DNA of 64,000 bases from Candidatus Woesearchaeota archaeon (GTDB taxonomy: Archaea; Nanobdellota; Nanobdellia; Pacearchaeales; GW2011-AR1), in contig CAZEYD010000001.1 in assembly GCA_964516745.1 (NCBI GenBank), positions 101,047 through 165,046 on the forward strand, in the 5' to 3' direction. A program made the position numbers and the translations under genes. Positions 53,934 to 63,800 of this stretch are shown in pieces. Position 1 is the first letter of the stretch, and every line of letters starts with the position of its first letter. A model generated the notes under the pieces. It was not told the DNA's origin and did not search any database. It worked only from the letters and a program-made list of their open reading frames with translations.

Positions 53934-54509
53934 TTAAACTAACGATTTTATCACCTCACCAACAAACAAATCCCCACCCTTTACCAAAACATGATTTTTC
54001 AATATCTCCTGGTAAATCTCTTTATTACTTTTAATCATCTGAGCAAAATCCCTAGAAGAAACATTAAATATCTGAACATCTATCCCATATTTCTTACCTA
54101 ATTTTTGAATACTCAAAGAATCCACCTTCCCAACAATTAATAAATCCAAATCCGAATTCTTAGTCGCCTTATCACTAGCATAACTACCAAAAACACAAAC
54201 GATATCACCACCAACTTGCCTAAAAAAATCAATAAGTCTCTTATTCTTTTCCAGAAATTCCAAACTATTAAAATTCTCAAATAACAAAACATTCTCAATC
54301 AAAAGAGGATTCAGTAAATTTAACTCATAATATTTTCTATTCCCACTCTGAATAGAACTAAGAATCCCATCATTCTCTAAATCCGTCAAAGTCAAAGCTA
54401 TATTCTTTTGACTTAAAGACACCTTCCCAACTAATTCTCTCCCATAAATCTTAGAAGTATATCCGTTCAAGAACATTTTCATCACCTCAAAATATTTGTT
54501 GTGTAACAT
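53934..54509 (-). CDS. wHTH + minimal nucleotidyltransferase protein (pair C)
   Basis: wHTH-like LSQKNIALTLTDLENDGILSS. NTase signature VFGSYASDKATKNSDLDLLIVG. TTTATAAG box lies ~35 nt upstream. Confidence 0.75.
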   Translation of the reverse strand: MLHNKYFEVMKMFLNGYTSKIYGRELVGKVSLSQKNIALTLTDLENDGILSSIQSGNRKYYELNLLNPLLIENVLLFENFNSLEFLEKNKRLIDFFRQVGGDIVCVFGSYASDKATKNSDLDLLIVGKVDSLSIQKLGKKYGIDVQIFNVSSRDFAQMIKSNKEIYQEILKNHVLVKGGDLFVGEVIKSLV

Positions 54510-54827
54510 CTTACTTATATGTGTAAATAATTACTTATAAATCCTCCTAAAAATTCGGTACTTATAGGTGCCTCAAAAGATAATAAAAAGTTTCTAAAAA
54601 AATAACCCTTCACCATCTATATTCCATAGATTTCTTCTATATAAATTTTAAGATTTCTTGATAATTTTCATAATAATAAACATCTCTACAACCTTTATTT
54701 TTATTTATATATATTAATTTCTGACATTTCCTCTTATTAATTTTATCTCTCCATCTACTAGGTAGAGAAAGAAACAAATTATATACTATCATAAAAATCC
54801 AAAATCAATTCCTTATATCTTCCCTTT

Positions 54828-57800
54828 CTACAGATAATTCTCAACAAATCCGCCTTGCAATTTCAAATTACCACTACTATCTAAAAACGCAACAACATCA
54901 TCTGTTGAATTTTGGAATTCCAATCTCGTTCCAGAACCAGATAAATCCGACCCAACATCAACAATACCCTTCAAAAACAAATCCCCATTACTATCAAAGA
55001 ACGAGACAACGCCACCAGATGAGTTTTGAATTATAAACGAATCTATCGATGGAGATAAAGAACTCTGACTAATAGAAACTTCACCCTTCAAATACATATC
55101 ACCCTTATCATCTACAAACGCCAAATCAGTACCAACACCACCACGAACCTCAAACCGATTTGCAGAAGGCGGACCAACCGCGAAAATATTAAACGGACCA
55201 AAATGACTAACAGCTCCAGTATTCCCAGCACCATCAACAGCCAAAACGTGAAAGTAATTATCACCATCAGGCAAATCAGTACAAACATAACCAGGTGATG
55301 CAACACTACTAAGATAACGAATTATAACAATACCTGAACCACCAGCAGAAGCTCTTGATGTTCTATCACTTGAACCACCAGCACCACCACCACCACTATT
55401 CACAGTACCAGCCGTCGTTACTGTTGAAGGATTTACACATGTCCCACCACCACCAGAACCACCAACTCCACCAGAGGTACCACCATAACCACCACCACCA
55501 CCGGCATAATAAGTTGCAGTACCACTTATACTTGAAAGCACACCAGTTCCACCAGCACCACCAACCCCCTCAGTTGCACTTGTTCCAACTGCGCTACCAC
55601 CACCACCACCAGAACCTGCATACGCTCGATAAGTATTATCCCCACCATTAAAACCTTGACCGACAGTCGCTATCCCACCATTAGTAATTCCGTCACCACC
55701 ATCTGTTGATGCATATGCCCCACCAGCACCACCACCAGAACCACCACCATATGTGTTTGTTGAACGATGACCAGCACCACGACCACCACCTATCGCAGTC
55801 AAACCAAAGGCTGCACTATTTTGACCATTTGAAAGAGCAGCCCCACCAGCACCCACAGTTATAGTATAAGATTGCTCAGTAACAGCAACGGTATCTATCA
55901 CAACACCACCACCACCACCACCAGAACCATCATCATAAATTCCTTCAGAACCACCACCACCACCAGCTACTAAAAGAACTTCAACATTCCCAGCAGCACT
56001 TGGAGTAAAAGTTCCATCTGACGTAAAAGTCTGGACAACATAATCTCCATCATAAATAATCGTCTCATCCGGAGTAGTTGAAGCCACTTGATCACAAGCA
56101 ACACGATAATTTGAAAGACCAGTTGTAATAGTTGAAGAATCTGCCTCATGAATCATTACATTATCTATCCAAAAATATTCAGTTCCTAAATTCTGAGCTA
56201 AGTAAGAGAATCCTATTTTAAGTTCTTTCATACACGTCGCTCCATCACATGCCGTAGAAAATGCTTCTGTATAATCAAATTCCCCAGTATAATGCTCCCA
56301 AGCACCACTTGTGTTAGAACTTGAACCACTTATTGAAGTAAGAGATTCAGTTGGCCATCCATTACCCATAGAACACCATCCAACAGTATAACACAAATAT
56401 ACAGACACACCGTCAGTAGCGACTCTATCACCCATATAATCAAATTCTAAAACATAAGATTTTCCTGGCTCTAAATTCCATCTGGAATAAACATTCGTTG
56501 CTTTCAATCCACCCCATTCATTATTACCATCATTATCTAATATCCTAGTAATCTTATAACTTTTATTTCCTGAATAAGCAACATTATTATCTATTGATAT
56601 ACTAATATCAGCTTGAGTATAAGACGACCAATCAGTCATACTTTGTTCAAATCCAGGATTCTCTGTTTTACTATCCTCATTCCCATCGACATCCCATTCT
56701 TTCAAAAAGTAAAAATAATCATCACCACTATCCGTCGCTGCCGTCCAATCAAATGTAGCAGTTGTATTACTAGAAATGCCTCCTTCATCGTGACTCGAAG
56801 AATCTAATGAACCAACAGCAGAAGGATCCGTATCATCAGTCGCCGTTGTATCAGAATAAATATCAGAAGCAACAAGAGGAGTAACTTTTACATTATCAAA
56901 ATGGATATCACCACCACTCGCCGTTCCTAAAAATAAACGTAAGGTAGTATCAGCAAAAGTATCATCTATAGCCTCATATGAAAAAATATCATTAACAAAC
57001 ATTTTATAATTATTACCGTATTTTATAATTTTAACATGAACCCATTCGTCATTAACAATATCTGGAATAACAATATCTCTAGCCGATTTTATATCAAAAT
57101 TCGTAGATGCTCCACCACTCTCAAATTCAACTATATCTGTCTTAGTAGTCGTCGTAGGATCACTAATATCTGTCCAACAACGCACACCATTAGTCGGATT
57201 AGCCACTGTCCAAGTATACGGCGAAGCTAAAAATCCCCACATAATATATTCTCCAACATCAACCAAAGTATCAAACTCTATCATCAAATTACTAGATAAA
57301 TCCTCTGATACATATCCACGTGCTTCGTCCCCAGTTGTTGATAAAATTTCTAAATAATTATTAGTAGCAGATAAAGAACTATAAAGAGCTTCCCAAGTTG
57401 GATCATTCGTAGCATCCCCATCACCAAAATCATCAGAAATCCCCTCTAAAGGAACATAATCACCACTAGACGTCTCCGATTGGTAAAATCCATGCTTCAA
57501 CAAGCCACTCTGCATATCATCAATAACTTCTTCCTGTGTTAATGTCCTATCATAAATTCGAACCTCATCAAGCAAACCCTCAAAATAACCAGTCCAATCT
57601 GAATAATCTCTACCGATTCCCATAGAAGAAGTAAAATCTCTTCCACTTGTCCCAATCGTTTTACTCTGCGCAAGACTACCATTAATATATAATGATATCT
57701 CAGAACCATCATAAACTCCAGAAGCATAATACCATTGATCATTACTCAATACATCAGAATAAATCGATTGATATCCACTATTATTATATACTAAGAAATA

Positions 57801-60800
57801 AACTCTTCCACTTGAACTCAAATATAAATTTGCCCTCGCATAATTAGCAATCATTTTTGCATTACTTCCTTGTGTTCCACCAGAATTAAACCACAACGAA
57901 AAAGTAAATGGATCACCAATATTAATATCAGGAGCAGTAGATTCCACATAATCATCAGCGCCATTAAAACTCAACGCTTCACCATTTCTATCTTTACCAT
58001 CTACATAAGATAAACCATTATAATGAGTTCCATCATGGTCCTCTACGCTCCAATCACTAGCCACCGTTCCGCTTCCTTCTTCAAACGGCATATATAATAC
58101 CAATCCATCATCTCCTTCCGCAGTTTCAATATCAATTCTATTATTCGCAACACTCGCAGTCAAATCAAATTCAGGACTATCAGGACCAGTTCTATCAGCC
58201 GTCAAATTACAAACCGTCGAAGACCAGGCAGAAGAATGCACAGCACCAGAATCTTGAACTCTAACTCTATAACAATACTCAATATTATCATCTAAAGAAA
58301 GATGTGTATAACTCAAAGAACTACCATTATAAAGACTCAACGACGAAGGACTAGTCATCTCTAAACCATATTCATAACTCGCAGGCAACGAACCAGTCCA
58401 AATCACAACAATTTCACCCGATTCAGAGATCAATGGAGAATCTGTTTGAGGACTTACACTAGAAATAACAGGAACAGAAACACCAGCACAATTATTTGTC
58501 GAGTTACAATATTCACTCGCATCACAATCTGAATCAGAACAACAATCAGAATAAGCTCCATCATCAGAACAAGAAGTCCCAGAACAAGAAGCTCTAATCC
58601 AATCCCCAGAACAACAAACTTTTGTTTCACCACCAATAGTACCCGTGTCAGTATTTGCAGTACAACTTCCAGCAGTAGTAATACTCACAGGAAAACTAAT
58701 CTCTAAATCCAAACAACCATTACTAGGACAAGTAATTTCATCTGCACCAACACAAGCTAAACCACTACTAGCACTATAATTATCAAAAGTATTGTCATCA
58801 ACATAAACATCATTATCTCCACAGAAATCCTCACAACCATCAGAACTAGTATAAACATCACCATCATCATTATTACTATCAGCATAACCAGCCGCACAAT
58901 CAACATAATTACATTTACTGTCAGTACATGTTGGAGCTGTTCCTGAAACATGAGGCAACCCTTCACAATTATAAGTGCATCCACCACACGCATTATCAGA
59001 AATAGTTAAATTAATACATTTTCCAGAGTCAAAATTACTACAAAACGTTGTTCCAGAATGACAAGACAACTGACAATCGCTATCATAATTATCTCCACCT
59101 GTTCCACAAGCAGCCCTAAGATCATTATCCGCACAAGTTGGTCCGGGTTCAGCACCACAACCATTATTATTATAACTAAACATATTAAAATCATGAAGAG
59201 AATATAAAGTGCCATCAGAAGAACATTCGTCACCACAATCCCCAGTTAAACACTTTAAACTACTCTTTGCATTACATAATCCAGACGTACAAACACCAAC
59301 ACCACACTCTGTTCCATTAACACAAGTTTCATCAGGATCACGACGACAAAACCCATTAGTTGCTTCCGCGACACCCTGACAATTAGCATTATATCCAATA
59401 TAACAACTCATATCATAAGATGTATCAGAACACATAGCATCACTATCACTATCAATTACAGAAGCATCATCACAAGCAACATTAAGAGCCTTCTGAACTG
59501 CACAGTTTCCAGAATTATTACAAAAGAAACCACTAGAACAATCAGAATGAGCATCACAATCTAAAGTACATTCACAATCAGACGAACATTCACCATTACA
59601 ATCAGAGTCCTGAACACAATCATCCGTCGTATCATCACCATTACAACAAGTATAAACACTAGACCAATATCCGTCAATACCAGTCGCTCCACAAGCAGTC
59701 TCATCATCATCAGCCGCCAACCAAGTTCCACTAGAACAATATTCTTTATCATCATCATCATCCCCACCACCTGTATTTTTAGTTACGGCATTATTATAAC
59801 AACCCCAAGATCCAGCAGGTCCACCAGTAGATGCATGATGTCCCATTTCCCAATCATCAACACAATCAGTTGAAGCATCACAACAAGAAGAAGAAGAACT
59901 TAAATCAACAGCACCGACTTCTGAAACTAAATAACCGACCATAACATCAGCAATAGCAAAACAACATTCATCAGCTTCAAACTCAAAAACATTCCATCCT
60001 GTTACAAATTGAGAAGTTGTAGTATCATTAAATGCCCAATATGCCCAATCATTATTACCAGAAGCAAATGAATTTGAAAAATATGTTTTATTAATTCTCA
60101 AAGTAAAATCATCATCCTCTTCCTCTGTATCATATGTATCATACATTATACAAGTATCAGATGTAGAAGTTAAAGAAATGTTAAAACACATATCACCAAA
60201 AGGATTATTATTTCTAGATGTTGTATCAAAAACACCTCTAGTTAAGGCAAAACAAGTATCACATTGATATCTTGCAGTCGAAGAAGTATCTGTATCACAA
60301 GTATTATATGTTCCACACTCTGTATCCGAATCACAACAACCAGCATTAACTCCATCACGACAACTTAGATATCCAACACATTCATTAGTTGTACAATCCG
60401 TACAGGTTCCCGTACTACAATACTGCCCACCTCCACAATTACTAGGGTCCCATGCCCCATTAGTACACAACCAATTCATACCATTTTCATCGTTATCTCC
60501 AGTCTCATAACAATCAGTCGCATCTCCAGTTTGACCAGAGCTACCAGTATCTACAGTTGTCCCATCATAAACACAATCATTAGAATCACCAGCACAAAAA
60601 CACTGTTCATTTATATCACAAAATCCATCGGTATTACTATCAACATCATCATAATCATCACGACAAAAATCAGAAGAACAAGCTCCATTACTTTCTGCAG
60701 AACTATCACTTTCCGTTATGCCAAAGTCACAATTCGATCCTGTTCCAAGTTCAGCATCACAAGTCCCATCTTCAGCACAAAAGAAACCAAGCACACAATC

Positions 60801-63800
60801 AGCATTCACAGAACAAGTATTAATACAATCATCCGTTACAGTGTTACATCTATACCCATTAGCAGTATCACATTGGGTATTCGTCAAACAATCCTTCCAT
60901 GTTCCACCAATACAATAATCAACATCAGCATCACCATCAGCATTATGAGTCAAAAGACCAGCAGCATAACAAGTATTATCGTCAATACATTTTCCAGAAG
61001 CCAAACAACAAGCTTCATCACTAGTATCTGTTGCATAACTCAAATCCATAGATACATCAGCAAGTCTCCAAAGATAACTTTCATCCGCATCATCACCACA
61101 ACAACCAAGAGTCGCAGTATTTGCATACTCTCCAACCCCAGCTTCCCCCGAAAAAACAGCATTCCAGTCCTGATCAGGATTACCACTATCTCTTGGACTA
61201 GAGACACCCTTTGCAGGACCACAAACATTACCACACCAATAATCCATAAAATCTGATTGATCACATTCTAACCATTTACCAACACCTCCACTATTATAAC
61301 AATGAGATTTATTATCATCACCTCCAACATTTAAACCAACATCAGTTGTTCCGGCATTTTGAACAGCATAACAAATCCCTCCAGCAACACAATCAGAAGC
61401 AACATTACAACAAGCAACTTCATTATTATCAAAAGCTATAGAGGTACTATATGTCTCCTCCATATTATAATTCTCACTTGCATCATCACCACAACAAAAA
61501 CCATTACTAGCTGTTCCATCACCACAAGTAACACCATCACTACAATCAGTACTATCTGTTTCTCTATCTCCACTTGTTATCGATGTCCAATCACTTCCTA
61601 AAGCACTACAAAAGCTTGTAGAATAATCACCATCAAAGGCCTGACATAAACTTGTAGAAGAAACATAACAAGAACTAAAAGCAGGACAACCCCGAAAATT
61701 AAGCCCAATCCCAGTATTATCTTTTGAATAACCTGCAGATTGCTCATCAGCAAAAATATCAACAGCATTGCCAGTATCATATTCACATTTTGTTGCCTCT
61801 TGGTTATCATATAGACTGTTAGTTCCAGTTGGTGTATAACAATGAAAATCATCAGTAGCACCTACTAAATCATCATCACAATGTCCATTAGCACAAGCAC
61901 TAGCATCCTCACTAGCACTATTCACAAAACTAACATCATCACAACCAGCACCATCTAACAATTGCGCTTGACAAAGTTGTGAATTATTACAAAAGAAACC
62001 AACACCACAATCAACGTTCACATTACAAGTATTGATACATTTATTTGTATTACATCTATAACCATTACCAGTATCACAGTCAGGAGTGGAACAACAATCA
62101 GAATAATCACCATCATCAGAACAAGAAGTCCCAGAACAAGAAGCTCTAATCCAATCTCCCGAACAACAAACCTTTGTTTCACCACCAATGCCAATGGTAT
62201 CCGTACCAGTATTTGCAGTACAACTTCCAGTTGTAATTGTCGTGGGTGCACTAATCTCTAAATTAAGACAACCACTACTCGCACAGTCAACATTACTAGA
62301 ACTATCACAAGCTAAACCACTACTATCATCAAAATCAGAAAACGTATTGTCGTCAACATAAACATCATTATCTTCACACCAATCTTCACAACCAGTACAA
62401 ACACCATAAACACAACCATCATCATTATCACTATCAGCATAACCAGCATCACAATCAACATAATTACATTTGCTATCAGTACATGTCGGAGCCGTTCCTG
62501 AAACATTTGGCAATCCTTCACAATCATTAGCACATCCACCACACGCATTATCTGAAATTGTCAAGTTAACACAATATCCCCATAAATTAAAAACTGGCGC
62601 GTTAGAACAATAAGTAGTACCCGCAAAACAAGAAGTTTGACAATCACTATCATAAGTATCACCAACGCCACCACAATTATTCACACTACCATCATCACCA
62701 CAAGTTGGTCCAGGTTCAACACCACAACCATTGTTATTAGCACTAAACATATTAAAATCATGAGTAGAATAAGTTGTTCCATCATAAGAACATTCAGTTC
62801 CACAAGATCCAGTTAAACATTTATCAACACTTTTAGTATTACATAATGCAGCAGTACAAACACCAACACCACAATGATTTCCACTAGTACAATCTTCACC
62901 AGGATCACGACGACAGAAACCTGATGACGCCGCCGCAACACCTTGACAATTAGCATTATATCCACTATAACAACTCATAGCATAAGTACCATCAGAACAC
63001 ATCGCATCACTATCAGTATCATACACAGAAGCATCAGCACAAGCAACACCAACACCTTTCTTTACAGTACAAATTCCAGCATTACTACAATAATAATTAC
63101 TATTTGCACTCGTACAATCCGAATGCTGAGTACAAGTATTAATACAATCATCAGTAGCTGTATTACACCTATAACCACTAGTAATAGCACATTGAGCATT
63201 AACATTACAATCTTTCCATACACCAGCATCACAATAATCCAAATCACCATCATTATCTAAATCAAATGTTTGAGTATTGGTTTTTAAACAATTACTTCCA
63301 GCACAATCATTAGTACTATTATCATGATTCGGATCAATTAAACAAACTCCACTAGCAACACAAATATCACTACCATCAAGCTCAGTACAAATAGCACTAT
63401 CCATTGAATCACACACTCCAGAATCTCTCAAAATGTCATAATTAGTATTCTGAACACACCTACCATTAGTACACGCCGAACTAGAATCACACTCTTCATA
63501 ACCATCATTACGCGTATAGACACAATCAGAAGTCGTACAAGTAGCAGAACATTCACCAGCAACATTACAAATATCACTTGTCTCAGTCCCAGCATAAGAA
63601 CCACCCGTTACATTACAAGTAGTAGCAACTGTAGCGGTTGTACAATCTTTCCATACACCAGCATCACAATAATCTAAATCATTATCATTATCTAAATCAA
63701 ATGTTTGAGTATTAGTTCTTAAACAATTACTTCCAGCACAATCATTAGTACTATTATCATGATTCGGATCAATTAAACAAACTCCACTAGTAACACAAAT

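Noticed and set aside
14475-54509. Integrated provirus (tail-fibre-like genes, Bro-N, Fic, TA-like pairs).
   Set aside because: There are no capsid, portal, terminase, integrase or replication genes and no recognisable att repeats. All fibre-like proteins carry Sec-type signal peptides, and the genes continue into LamG-type cellular surface proteins. A viral ancestry of the modules remains possible.
54640-54795. 51-aa minus-strand ORF (MIVYNLFLSLPSRWRDKINKRKCQKLIYINKNKGCRDVYYYENYQEILKFI) between the mega-gene and NTase pair C.
   Set aside because: No recognisable family or translation signals. It is AT-rich spacer sequence that easily yields short ORFs.
8605-63260. Dozens of 60-240-aa ORFs in the track lying inside or antisense to the giant genes (for example 8654-8914, 13379-13822, 23909-24298, 29590-30009, 44335-44994, 46483-46890, 49335-49742, 60531-61256 and 62943-63260, plus same-strand off-frame ones such as 8605-8808, 58757-58993 and 62312-62548).
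   Set aside because: They are low-complexity (Ile/Asn/Thr/Ser/Arg/His- or Met/Val/Leu-rich) and have no motifs. They are fully nested in ORFs that have strong domain evidence and signal peptides. They are a by-product of biased codon composition.
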